Below are positions 27,924-37,629 of a DNA stretch of 64,000 nt, one piece after another (position 1 is the stretch's first letter; each line of letters starts with the position of its first letter). The stretch is from Hyphomicrobiales bacterium (GTDB lineage Bacteria; Pseudomonadota; Alphaproteobacteria; Rhizobiales; Xanthobacteraceae), in contig JAKFYI010000029.1 in the NCBI GenBank assembly GCA_021730985.1, forward strand, positions 202 through 64,201, given 5' to 3'. Below the pieces are notes generated by a model, which worked only from the letters and a program-made list of their open reading frames with translations, was not told the DNA's origin and did not search any database. The translations under genes were made by a program, and so were the position numbers.

Positions 27924-28910
27924 TCAGACCGCCAGCGCCTTGCCATGGCGCAGCACGTCCTCCGCGGCCGCGGTGGGCCGTCCCGATAGATCGTTGAGTT
28001 CGAGCCCCGGCAGCAGCAACAGCGGCGCCCGGCTGCCTTTTGCGGCACTGACCAGCACGCGAATTGCCGGCTGCCCGGCGCGGCCGTAGACCGGCAGCAC
28101 CGCAATGCCGCCGAACGCCGGCTCCAGCGCGGTCAACACGCGCGCAAGCCCATCCGCCCGCCAGATCAGCGTCAGGGTGCCGGCGGAGTGCAGCAGCCAA
28201 CTCGCCGCCCGAATCCAGTGGGGAATATCGCCGTCGCCTGCGGCATGCGCCGCCCGCCTGGCCGGATCGGGCGAAACGTTCTGCCGCGCGGGCGAATTGA
28301 ACGGCGGGTTCATCAGCACGCGGTCCATCGAGCCCGGTCCGAGACCAACTGCGGCATAAGCATCCGAGGCCGCCGTCACATCGAGCACGACCGCGTCCGC
28401 CCGGCTGTCCAGGCCGTTGCGGACGATGTTCTCGGCGGCGATGGCCGCTAGTTCCGGATCGCGCTCCACCAGCGTCACCTTGACGCCCGGTACGCGCCAC
28501 GCCAGCGTCAGTCCCGCCGCGCCGACGCCGGAACCGAGATCCGCGGCGCGATCGCCGGGCTGCGCGGCGGTTGCCGCCGCCAGCAAAATTGCATCGTGGC
28601 CGACCCGATGGCCCTTCTTTTTTTGCATCAGGCGCAGCCTGCCACCCAGCACCTCGTCGTCGGTGACATCCTCCTGCTGACCGGGCGGCAGCGGCCGCAA
28701 CTCGTGAGCAAGTCCCGCGTCGGCGAGCAGCCGCCGCGCCGCGCGCTGGTGCTCGTCATCGACCAAGATCCGCCTGGGCAGGATGCCGAGCGAGCCCTCC
28801 AGAACGCTCATGTACTGGTCCAGCACCATGTGCGGGATCTCCGCGCCCTTGAGCAGGGCCTCGATCGCGGTGATGAGCACCGCGTTGTTGGTGCGAACCA
28901 GTTCCTGCAC
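27924..28910 (-). CDS. DUF2007 domain fused to tRNA1(Val) A37 N6-methyltransferase (TrmN6/YfiC-like)
   Basis: N-term ELVRTNNAVLITAIEALL..MSVLEGSLGILPRRILV; C-term LGGRL..GHRVGHDAILLAAA, DLGSGVG, MNPPF. Confidence 0.82.
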   Translation of the reverse strand: MQELVRTNNAVLITAIEALLKGAEIPHMVLDQYMSVLEGSLGILPRRILVDDEHQRAARRLLADAGLAHELRPLPPGQQEDVTDDEVLGGRLRLMQKKKGHRVGHDAILLAAATAAQPGDRAADLGSGVGAAGLTLAWRVPGVKVTLVERDPELAAIAAENIVRNGLDSRADAVVLDVTAASDAYAAVGLGPGSMDRVLMNPPFNSPARQNVSPDPARRAAHAAGDGDIPHWIRAASWLLHSAGTLTLIWRADGLARVLTALEPAFGGIAVLPVYGRAGQPAIRVLVSAAKGSRAPLLLLPGLELNDLSGRPTAAAEDVLRHGKALAV

Positions 28911-28922
28911 GCGAACTGCCTT

Positions 28923-29900
28923 TCAGCGTTGCCGGCGCTCTTCGGTGGGAGCGCGCTGCGCCAGATAGGCAAGCAGCTTGAGCTCGCGGCGGCCGCGCGT
29001 CACGGTATCGAGGATGAGTCCGCACGCAATCGAGAGGAAGCCGAGCAGCATCAGCCCGGTCGCCAGCACGGCGGTCGGCAGCCGCGGCACCACGCCTTCG
29101 AGCGCATAGGTGATGAAGATCGGAATTGAGAGCCCGATCGACACGATGCAGAAGCACAGCCCGATGGAGGTGAACAAGGCGAGCGGACGTTCGGCGCGAT
29201 AGACCCTGAGAATGGAAGACAGGATCCGGAGGCCATCGCTCCATGTCAGAAGCTTCGAGGCCGAGCCCTCAAGCCTCGAATAATAAGGCGTGCGCTCCTC
29301 GCCAACCGGCAGTTCCAGCTCTAGCGCGTGAATGGTCAACTCAGCCTCGATTTCGAAGCCACCGGAAAGAGCGGGGAAGGATTTGACGAAGCGCCGGCTG
29401 AACACGCGATAGCCGGACAGGATGTCGGTAAAGGTATCGCCGAAAATATGGGCGACCGAGCCGGTCAGCAACAAGTTGCCCATCCGGTGGCCGCGCCGGT
29501 ATGCCGCCACCTCGTTGTCCACCCTGACCGCCACCACCATGGCGAGCCGGTCCCGCAGCAGCCGCGCCACCATCGCTGGCGCGCTTGGCGCATCGTAGGT
29601 GGCATCGCCATCCACCAGCACGTAAACGTCGGCCTCGACGTCGGTGAACATCCGCCGCACCACATACCCCTTGCCCTGACGCGGTTCGTGGCAGACCACG
29701 GCGCCGGCGGCGGCCGCAATTTCGGCCGTGCGATCGGTCGAATTGTTGTCGTAGACATAGATGGTGGCCGAGGGCAGCGCCGCGCGAAAGTCGGCCACGA
29801 CCTTGCCGACCGAAATCTCCTCGTTGTAGCAGGGCACCAGAATTGCGATCCGCTGCCCGCCCGCAATGTCGGCCACCGCCGCGGCCTGAGATTCCGACAT
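28923..29900 (-). CDS. Glycosyltransferase family 2 (DPM1/GtrB-like) with two C-terminal TM helices
   Basis: VPCYNEE, YDNNSTD, GKGYVVR, VDGDATY, DILSGYRVFSR. Confidence 0.92.
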   Translation of the reverse strand: MSESQAAAVADIAGGQRIAILVPCYNEEISVGKVVADFRAALPSATIYVYDNNSTDRTAEIAAAAGAVVCHEPRQGKGYVVRRMFTDVEADVYVLVDGDATYDAPSAPAMVARLLRDRLAMVVAVRVDNEVAAYRRGHRMGNLLLTGSVAHIFGDTFTDILSGYRVFSRRFVKSFPALSGGFEIEAELTIHALELELPVGEERTPYYSRLEGSASKLLTWSDGLRILSSILRVYRAERPLALFTSIGLCFCIVSIGLSIPIFITYALEGVVPRLPTAVLATGLMLLGFLSIACGLILDTVTRGRRELKLLAYLAQRAPTEERRQR

Positions 29901-30029
29901 ACGTTTTGTTCCCGCCTCGGCCAAAACTGCGATGAATCCCTTGTCGCACCCGCGCCGGCGCACTTGCCCCCATACCATAGCGTTTCTATTGTCGCCCGTC
30001 CTTTCCGCAGCATTCCGGAGCAAAAGCGC

Positions 30030-31037
30030 GTGGCCGTCGTTCTCCCATTCAGCCAGCCGGAGCCCTCGATCGACCGTCTGGTCGAACTCGTTGGCCCCGA
30101 CATGGAACGCGTCAACGCCACCATCCTTTCGCGCACCGGATCGCAAGTTACGATGATCCCGGAGGTCGCCAACCACCTGATCGCCGGCGGCGGCAAGCGG
30201 CTCAGACCGATGCTCACCGTGGCGTTGGCGGCGCTCACCGGCTATTCCAGCGACGGCCATGTCAAGCTCGCGGCGGCGGTCGAATTCATGCACACGGCGA
30301 CGCTGCTGCACGACGACGTCGTGGACAACAGCGAAATGCGGCGAGGCCGCCTCGCCGCTCGCATGCTGTGGGGCAACGAGGCCAGTGTGCTGGTGGGCGA
30401 CTTCCTGCTCGGCCAAGCTTTCAAGATGATGGTCGAGGTCGGCTCGCTGCGTGCGCTCGAAATCCTGTCGTCCGCGGCCGCCGTGATTGCCGAGGGCGAA
30501 GTAATGCAACTCGGCACCGCGAAGAACACGGCCACGACCGAGGACGAATACTTGGCGGTGGTTCGCGCCAAGACCGCCGAACTGTTTGCCGCCGCTTGCG
30601 AGGTCGGGCCCGTGCTGACCAACCGTCCGAAGGCGGAGGCCGCGGCGTGCCGCTCGTTCGGCATGAACCTCGGCATCGCATTCCAACTCGTCGATGACGC
30701 GCTCGACTACGGCGGCAAGGATGCTGCGCTTGGCAAGAACGTCGGCGACGACTTCCGCGAGGGCAAGATCACGCTTCCGGTCGTGCTATCATACCGGCGC
30801 GGCACACCGAGCGAGCGCGCCTTCTGGGAGCGCACGCTGGAAAAGAACAAGGTCAGCGACAGCGATCTCGAAACGGCGATCGAACTCATGCAGCGCCATC
30901 GCGCGCTAGAGGATACCGTCAAGCGCGCCCAGCACTACGGCGTCATGGCGCGCGACGCGCTGGCCCTGTTCCCCGACTCCGCCATGAAACTGGCGCTCGA
31001 AGAGACCGTGGAGTTCTGCACCGGCAGAACCCACTAG
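30030..31037 (+). CDS. ispB: Polyprenyl (octa/decaprenyl) diphosphate synthase
   Basis: GGKRLRP, LHDDVVD..RRG, KTAELF, FQLVDD, GDDFREGK; GTG start after GGAG. Confidence 0.95.
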   Translation: MAVVLPFSQPEPSIDRLVELVGPDMERVNATILSRTGSQVTMIPEVANHLIAGGGKRLRPMLTVALAALTGYSSDGHVKLAAAVEFMHTATLLHDDVVDNSEMRRGRLAARMLWGNEASVLVGDFLLGQAFKMMVEVGSLRALEILSSAAAVIAEGEVMQLGTAKNTATTEDEYLAVVRAKTAELFAAACEVGPVLTNRPKAEAAACRSFGMNLGIAFQLVDDALDYGGKDAALGKNVGDDFREGKITLPVVLSYRRGTPSERAFWERTLEKNKVSDSDLETAIELMQRHRALEDTVKRAQHYGVMARDALALFPDSAMKLALEETVEFCTGRTH

Positions 31038-31048
31038 CTGGCAGCAGC

Positions 31049-32035
31049 CTATTCGTTCGACTTGAGGCCTGCTTCCTTGATGACAGGGCCCCACTTGGCG
31101 AGATCCTCCTTGTGGAACTTCCCGAGCTCGTCCGGCGTCCCGCCCACCACAATCATCCCTTGGTCTTCCAACCGCTTCCGCACGATCGCATCGTCGGTCG
31201 CAGCCTTCGCGCCTGCATACATCTTCTGGATGATGTCCTTCGGCGTCCTGGCGGGCACAAATAGCGCGTACCAACCGGTGACGTCGTAACCCGGCAGCGT
31301 TTCGCCGATCGCCGGCAGGTCCGGCAACATCGGGGAACGCTTTGCCGTGGTCACTCCCAACATGCGCAGTTTGGCGTCCTGCTGGAGCGCCACCATCGGA
31401 GCGACGTTGTTCCAGAACGAATCGATCCGCCCGGGGATCAGATCCTGGATGCCCGGCGCCGCGCCGCGATACGGCACGTTGACCATCTGAATCTTGGCGG
31501 CACGCACGAACAATTCGGCGGACAGATGCGGCACCGCGCCGTGTCCAGGCGACCCGTAGGTCATTTTGCCCGGGTTGGCCTTGGCCGCAGCAATGAAATC
31601 CGCCAGCGTCTTATGCGGCGAGTTGGCGGGGATCGCCATCGCGATCGGGTACTGCACAATCAGCGATACCGGCTCAAAGTCCTTGACCGCGTCGTAGCTG
31701 AGGTTTGGATTGAGATGATTGTTGGTGGCGTGATGGTCGCCCGCCAGGAACATGGTGTAGCCGTCCGGCGCGGAGCGGGCCACGAACTCGGACGCGATGT
31801 TGCCACCGGCGCCCGGCTTACTCTCGACGTAGAACTGGTTGCCCAGCACTTCGCTCATCTTGATCGAGACGAGCCGCGCGATGGTGTCCGCTCCGCCACC
31901 CGGCGTGAACGGAATGACGACGCGAACCGGCCGGTTCGGCCACGCGCTGGCTTGCGACCATGCTGCGCTGCTGATGATGGTGGGTGCCGCGATGGACGCA
32001 GCGGACAGCTTGATGAGACGGCGGCGGCTGATCAT
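31049..32035 (-). CDS. Bug/TctC substrate-binding protein (Tat-like signal)
   Basis: MISRRRLIK; WPNRPVRVVIPFTPGGGAD; VPYRGAAP. Confidence 0.92.
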   Translation of the reverse strand: MISRRRLIKLSAASIAAPTIISSAAWSQASAWPNRPVRVVIPFTPGGGADTIARLVSIKMSEVLGNQFYVESKPGAGGNIASEFVARSAPDGYTMFLAGDHHATNNHLNPNLSYDAVKDFEPVSLIVQYPIAMAIPANSPHKTLADFIAAAKANPGKMTYGSPGHGAVPHLSAELFVRAAKIQMVNVPYRGAAPGIQDLIPGRIDSFWNNVAPMVALQQDAKLRMLGVTTAKRSPMLPDLPAIGETLPGYDVTGWYALFVPARTPKDIIQKMYAGAKAATDDAIVRKRLEDQGMIVVGGTPDELGKFHKEDLAKWGPVIKEAGLKSNE

Positions 32036-32084
32036 ATCTTCCTCCCCGAATTTCAGAATTCTTATTTTTTAGGCGCTCAGCATA

Positions 32085-32966
32085 CTATCCCAGATGGGTC
32101 GCGCACACCCACCATCGCGGCTGCGCCGCAGCAATCTCGCGAGCCGTCGCAGCCGCCGCGCGAGGCGATGAATAGAGCCCGAAGCAGGTCGCGCCCGAGC
32201 CCGACATTCTGGCCAGCACGCAACCCGGCGATTTTCTCAAGGCCGCAAGCACTTGCGCCACCGCCGGCGCGAGTTCGACCGCGGCAGGCTCAAGATCGTT
32301 GGCGCGGCGCTCCAGGAAGGCCAGATAGGCGCTGCGTTCTTGCGGCACTCTGTGCGCTTGGGCCGCAGGTTGGTCCTGACGCGTCGAGCGATGCAGCACC
32401 GCAAACACGTCCTTGGTCGGGACAGCAACACCCGGGTTGACCATCACGGCGGCAAAACGCGGCACTGCCAGAGGCTTGGACAGGATGTCGCCGATGCCGC
32501 GCATCACCCGCGGCCGCGGATCGACGCAGACCGGCACGTCGGCGCCGACCTTGGCCGCGGCGCGCAGAATGCGGGGATCGGCAAGCTTGAGCCTGTTGGC
32601 GCGCGCCAGCAAGCGAAGCGCCGCGGCAGCATCCGCAGAGCCGCCGCCGATACCCGCCGCAGCGGGCAGGTGCTTGGTTAGCGTGAAGCGGCCGAGCTTC
32701 AGCCCATCGATTTCCGCGGCCAGAGCACGGGCCGCGCGGATCACGAGGTTGTTTTCGATCGGGCCGGCCGCAGCGGCGTTGGGGCCGCGCATGGCAAGCG
32801 CGAGCGGAACGCCGACTTTCAACGTGAGTTTATCCGCAACGCCCGCGAACACCACGAGGCTTTCCAGCGTGTGGTAGCCGTCGGGGCGCCGCCCGATCAC
32901 GCGCAACGTGAGATTGACCTTGGCAGGTGCGGTATCGACAAGCGCGGCGCGGGAGTGCGACGACAC
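32085..32966 (-). CDS. ispE: 4-diphosphocytidyl-2-C-methyl-D-erythritol kinase
   Basis: APAKVNLTL, PAAAGIGGGSADAAA, GADVP, NDLE, RMSGSGATCF. Confidence 0.96.
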   Translation of the reverse strand: MSSHSRAALVDTAPAKVNLTLRVIGRRPDGYHTLESLVVFAGVADKLTLKVGVPLALAMRGPNAAAAGPIENNLVIRAARALAAEIDGLKLGRFTLTKHLPAAAGIGGGSADAAAALRLLARANRLKLADPRILRAAAKVGADVPVCVDPRPRVMRGIGDILSKPLAVPRFAAVMVNPGVAVPTKDVFAVLHRSTRQDQPAAQAHRVPQERSAYLAFLERRANDLEPAAVELAPAVAQVLAALRKSPGCVLARMSGSGATCFGLYSSPRAAAATAREIAAAQPRWWVCATHLG

Positions 32967-32977
32967 AGGAAACCGGA

Positions 32978-34768
32978 TCAGCCGCCGTTGCCGGGCTTCT
33001 TCTGCTTCTGGGCGTCGGCGGACGAGGACGTTTCCTCGGCGATGCCGACCTTGAGCTTCTGCACGATCTTTTCAAGCTCCTCGGGTTCTGGCTTGAGGTC
33101 CTGCGCATGCGACCACTGGAACTTGGCCTCCAGCAGGCGACCGACCTTCCAATAGCCGTCCCCAAGATGGTCGTTGATGGTCGGATCGTCCGGCCGCAGT
33201 TCCACGGCGCGTTCGAGATGCTTCACGGCTTCCTCGTAATTGCCGAGCCGATAATGCGCCCAGCCAAGTGAGTCCACGATGTAGCCGTCGTCTGGCCGCT
33301 GCTCAACGGCGCGGCGGATCATCCGCATGCCTTCGTCGAGGTTGACACCCTGGTCGACCCAGGAATAGCCGAGATAGTTGAGAACGTGCGGCTGGTCAGG
33401 GAACAGCTTGAGCGCAGTCTTCAGATCCGACTCGGCTCCGCCCCAGTTCTTCGCCCGCTCATTGCAGATTCCGCGGAAGTAATAGACCAGCCAATGCGTC
33501 TGCTCAGGCGTGCCGATGGTGCCGATGGCTTGGCCATACATGTCGGCGCATTCGACGAATTCCTTGCGGCCGCGCTGGATGTTGCCCAGCGCCATGATCG
33601 CTTCGATGTCGGTCGGATTATCCTTCACCAGCTTGGCGAGGCGCTGCTTTGCCTCGTCGGTGCGCTCAAGCGTGTCGAGATTGACGGCGAGTTGGATCTC
33701 GGCGTTGCGCCGCAGCGGTGAGCCTTGCGGCACGCGCTCATAGAACTTGATGGCGAGTTTGCCGTTCTTCATCTGCTCATAAAGGTCGGCCAAAGCCAGC
33801 AGCGCGAGCGGCTGATTGGGTGTGAGATAGAGCGATATCTGCAGATAGATCAGCGCCAGCACTTCGTCGCCGCGGCGGCCGAGCGCAGCGCCCAGGCCGT
33901 ACAACACCTCGGATGCTCCGGCCTGCGCGGAATCGACCGGAGATAGAATTTGCTTGCCGCTCTTGATGGAATTCATCGCATCGACGATCAGCGGATGACG
34001 CGGCAACTGGACGTCGAATGCCTGGTAAATCTTGAGCCCCTCATCCGGGCTGCCGTTGCGCGTCAGCCAGGAGCCGTAGGCTTCGACGAGGCGCAGCGCA
34101 GTGGCGTTCGCCTTGTAGGCGCGCTCCAGGCGCTTGCCGGCTTCCTTCCGGTTGCCGGCCAGATCGAGCATGAGCCCGGCGTGCAGATCCTTGAACACCG
34201 CGTAGCCCTCGGCGCCCTGCAACTTGTCGATCGTTTCGACCGCGCCCTTGGCATCGTTGGCGCCGAACTGTGCCCACGCCGTGAGCAGCGTACCGGCAAG
34301 ATCGGGAACCGGGCCGCGCATCGACAGCGTCAGGTTCTGACGCGCCGCCGGATAAGACTTCTGCTTGAGCGCCCGCACGCCGACGATCAGCCGCGCCAAG
34401 CGATGATTGCGATCCGCTTTGAGCAGGCGATCCGCGAGACGGAAAGCTTCGTTCATTTCGCCGTCGGCGAGCACCGACAGGAAGGCGCGTTCGAGCAGGT
34501 CGCTGTTGAACTGATTGGCCTTCGTCGCGGTATTGAGGGCGGCGCGATAATAGGCAGAAGCAGCGGCGGAATCCCGCTGGATGCTGGCATGGCGCGCGGC
34601 GAGATAGGTGCCGGACAGCGAAACCCGCTCGATCTCCTTCGGCGGCGGCAGTTCCGACGGCGTCGAATTCTTCAATGCCCGCTGGGCGGAGAGCGTGGAC
34701 GGCAGCATAAGCACCACAGCGCCGAGCGCCGCGGCGGCCAGGCGCCGGGTTGAGATCGATGCAATCAC
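32978..34768 (-). CDS. Secreted tetratricopeptide repeat protein
   Basis: Signal peptide; GTYLAAR; VLNYLGYSW, DGYIVDSLGW, INDHLGD; typical ispE neighbour; start uncertain. Confidence 0.88.
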   Translation of the reverse strand: MIASISTRRLAAAALGAVVLMLPSTLSAQRALKNSTPSELPPPKEIERVSLSGTYLAARHASIQRDSAAASAYYRAALNTATKANQFNSDLLERAFLSVLADGEMNEAFRLADRLLKADRNHRLARLIVGVRALKQKSYPAARQNLTLSMRGPVPDLAGTLLTAWAQFGANDAKGAVETIDKLQGAEGYAVFKDLHAGLMLDLAGNRKEAGKRLERAYKANATALRLVEAYGSWLTRNGSPDEGLKIYQAFDVQLPRHPLIVDAMNSIKSGKQILSPVDSAQAGASEVLYGLGAALGRRGDEVLALIYLQISLYLTPNQPLALLALADLYEQMKNGKLAIKFYERVPQGSPLRRNAEIQLAVNLDTLERTDEAKQRLAKLVKDNPTDIEAIMALGNIQRGRKEFVECADMYGQAIGTIGTPEQTHWLVYYFRGICNERAKNWGGAESDLKTALKLFPDQPHVLNYLGYSWVDQGVNLDEGMRMIRRAVEQRPDDGYIVDSLGWAHYRLGNYEEAVKHLERAVELRPDDPTINDHLGDGYWKVGRLLEAKFQWSHAQDLKPEPEELEKIVQKLKVGIAEETSSSADAQKQKKPGNGG

Positions 34769-34936
34769 AGGTCGCTGGTCTCCATGGAGCGGGCGGAAGG
34801 CGCGCTTCCCGGTCGAGTCAGGGGCCAGAATGACCTTTTTGGCCCTCTCCCGCAAGGAGCGGCCGCCTTGCGGAGCGTGCCGCCCTGTTGAACGGCGGGG
34901 TGTGGCAGCATCGTGGCCGCCAGCCGCTTTCCCAGT

Positions 34937-36583
34937 TCACATATTCGAATAATTGGGCCCGCCGCCGCCCTCCGGGGGCACCCAGGTGATGTTGCGATTC
35001 GGGTCCTTGATGTCGCAGGTTTTGCAGTGAACGCAGTTCTGCGCGTTGATCACGAACTTCGGCACGCCGCCCTCTTCCACCCATTCGTACACGCCGGCCG
35101 GGCAATAGCGCTGCGAGGGGCCCGCGTAGATATCGTGCTCCGAGTTCTTCTGAAGGCTCATATCGGCGACCTTCAGATGTACAGGCTGATCTTCTTCGTG
35201 ATTGGTATTGGAGATGAACACCGAGGACAATTTGTCGAAGGTGAGCTTGCCGTCCGGCTTGGGATACGCGATCGGCGAAAAGTTTGCGGCCGGCTTCAGC
35301 GTGTCGGAATCCGGCCTGCCGTGACGCAGCGTGCCGAGCAGCGAAAAACCCAGCGTGTTGGTCCACATGTCGAAGCCGCCCGCGGCGATGCCGGCGAACG
35401 TGCCGATTTTCGACCACAGCGGCTTGGCGTTGCGAACCTTCCACAAGTCGGCGCCGATATCGCCGTCGCTCCATGATGCATCGTAGCCGGTGAGCTCGTC
35501 ACGCGAGCGGCCCTCCGCCAGCGCCTCGGCGGCATGCTCGGCGGCCAGCATTCCAGACAGCATCGCGTTGTGACTGCCCTTGATGCGCGGCACGTTCACG
35601 AAACCGGCCGAGCAGCCGAGCAGCGCGCCGCCGGCGAACGTCAGCTTCGGCACCGACTGGTAGCCGCCTTCGCTGATGGCGCGCGCGCCATATGACAGCC
35701 GCTTGCCGCCGGCGAACGTATCGCGGACGAGCGGGTGCGTTTTGAATCGCTGGAACTCATCGAACGGCGACAGATACGGATTCGCATAGTTGAGGTGCAT
35801 CACGAAACCGACGGACACCAGGTTGTCGTCGAAGTGATAGAGGAACGAACCGCCGCCGGTCGAATTGTCGAGCGGCCAGCCGAACGAGTGCTGCACCAAT
35901 CCCGGGCGATGCTTGTCGGGCGCGACCTGCCAGATTTCCTTCAGGCCGATGCCGAACTTCTGCGGCTCGCGGCCCGCCGCCAGACCGAAGCGGGCGATCA
36001 ACTGCTTCGACAGGCTCCCGCGCGCGCCCTCCGCGAACAGCGTGTACTTGGCGCGCAGCTCCATGCCGCGGGTGAAGCCGTCTTTCGCCTCGCCGTTCTT
36101 GCCGACGCCCATGTCGCCGGTCGCAACGCCGGCCACGGCATCGCCCTCGAACAAAACTTCAGCCGCGGCAAAGCCCGGATAGATTTCGACGCCGAGCGCC
36201 TCCGCCTTGGTGGCGAGCCAGCGGCAGACATTGCCAAGAGAGACGATGTAGTTGCCGTGATTGCTCATCAGCGGCGGCATCATGAAATTCGGCAGCCGCA
36301 ACCCGCGCGATCCCGACAGCCAATAGAAGCGGTCGTCGGTCACCGCGGTCTTGATCGGCGTGTCCTCGGAGCGCCAATCCGGCAGCAGCCGATCCAGCGC
36401 GATCGGATCGATCACCGCGCCGGACAGGATGTGCGCCCCGACCTCGGAGCCCTTCTCCACCACCACGACGTTGATTTCGGGCGAGATTTGCTTGAGACGG
36501 ATCGCGGCTGCGAGACCCGCTGGTCCTGCGCCAACAATGACCACATCGAATTCCATCGCCTCGCGGGCAGGCAGTTCGGCCAT
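34937..36583 (-). CDS. Electron transfer flavoprotein-ubiquinone oxidoreductase
   Basis: DVVIVGAGPAGL, GAHILSGA, PRIKGSH, YCPAGVYE, NCVHCKTCDIKDP. Confidence 0.97.
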   Translation of the reverse strand: MAELPAREAMEFDVVIVGAGPAGLAAAIRLKQISPEINVVVVEKGSEVGAHILSGAVIDPIALDRLLPDWRSEDTPIKTAVTDDRFYWLSGSRGLRLPNFMMPPLMSNHGNYIVSLGNVCRWLATKAEALGVEIYPGFAAAEVLFEGDAVAGVATGDMGVGKNGEAKDGFTRGMELRAKYTLFAEGARGSLSKQLIARFGLAAGREPQKFGIGLKEIWQVAPDKHRPGLVQHSFGWPLDNSTGGGSFLYHFDDNLVSVGFVMHLNYANPYLSPFDEFQRFKTHPLVRDTFAGGKRLSYGARAISEGGYQSVPKLTFAGGALLGCSAGFVNVPRIKGSHNAMLSGMLAAEHAAEALAEGRSRDELTGYDASWSDGDIGADLWKVRNAKPLWSKIGTFAGIAAGGFDMWTNTLGFSLLGTLRHGRPDSDTLKPAANFSPIAYPKPDGKLTFDKLSSVFISNTNHEEDQPVHLKVADMSLQKNSEHDIYAGPSQRYCPAGVYEWVEEGGVPKFVINAQNCVHCKTCDIKDPNRNITWVPPEGGGGPNYSNM

Positions 36584-36667
36584 GACGATCTCCTCAGTTC
36601 TTTTTTTCCACGTTTGCCGCAGCGCCACAATCGCCATTGCACAGGCCGGCGTGATAGATCAGCCGGA

Positions 36668-37510
36668 ATGACGCCGTATCTCATTCCACCGCGAGATTTG
36701 CTCACTTTCTACGCCGAGGCCGGCGTGGACGCGGCCGTGGGCGAGACCGCGAACGACTATCTGTCGGCGCCCGCGCTCGCCCCGTCGGCCGCCCCTGCCG
36801 GCGACGCGGCACAAGACCAACCGAAAGCGCCCTCGCCCGCGGCGACACCGGCACGCAAGGCCAGCCCAGCAGCATTTGTTCCAACTCCGCCCCCCGCGGC
36901 TCCGCCTGCCGCGCCGGATACTGCGGTCATGGCGGCGCGCGAAGCGGCGAAAAGCGCGGCCACGCTCGACGAGTTGCGCGCACTGCTCGACAAGTTCGAC
37001 GGCTGTGCGCTGAAGGCGACCGCGAGCCGGCTGGTGTTCGCCGACGGCAACCCGCAAGGCCGGCTGATGCTGATCGGCGAAGCGCCCGGCCGCGAAGAGG
37101 ACATCGAGGGCGTGCCGTTCGTCGGACGCTCCGGCAAGCTGCTCGACCAGATGCTCGGCGCGATCGGGCTCGACCGCACCAAAGTCTATATCGCCAACAT
37201 CGTGCCCTGGCGGCCGCCCGGCAACCGCACGCCGACGCCGGTCGAAACGCAAATCTGCCTGCCGTTCATTCAGCGGCAGATCGAACTCGCCAATCCCGAC
37301 ATTCTTGTTTGCATCGGAGGCCCGAGCGCGGGCGGCCTGCTCAATCTGCAGGGCATTCTGAAGAACCGCGGCCGCTGGCTTTCGTATCAGACCGGCACGC
37401 GCGAAATCCGCGCCATGGCGACGCTGCATCCCGCCTATCTTCTGCGGTCGCCGATCGCCAAGCGCCTCGCCTGGCGCGACTTCCTGGCGATCAAGAAGGC
37501 GCTGGGCTGA
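36668..37510 (+). CDS. Uracil-DNA glycosylase family 4
   Basis: GEAPGREED, PFVGRSG, WRPPGNRTP, HPAYLLR. Confidence 0.93.
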   Translation: MTPYLIPPRDLLTFYAEAGVDAAVGETANDYLSAPALAPSAAPAGDAAQDQPKAPSPAATPARKASPAAFVPTPPPAAPPAAPDTAVMAAREAAKSAATLDELRALLDKFDGCALKATASRLVFADGNPQGRLMLIGEAPGREEDIEGVPFVGRSGKLLDQMLGAIGLDRTKVYIANIVPWRPPGNRTPTPVETQICLPFIQRQIELANPDILVCIGGPSAGGLLNLQGILKNRGRWLSYQTGTREIRAMATLHPAYLLRSPIAKRLAWRDFLAIKKALG

Positions 37511-37629
37511 ACCGGCGCCGCGCCGCCCGCGCGCATTAACCTGAACGGCAAAAACCGCACACTCTTCATCGCGCGAAGTCGTTCCGCTGTGGCATTGTCC
37601 CGCGCGACGAACGTGTCGGGATTTTAACC

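Noticed and set aside
28923-31037. Apparent long overlap of the 587-aa and 569-aa ORFs
   Set aside because: True starts at 29900 (GT2) and 30030 (ispB) give ordinary divergent genes
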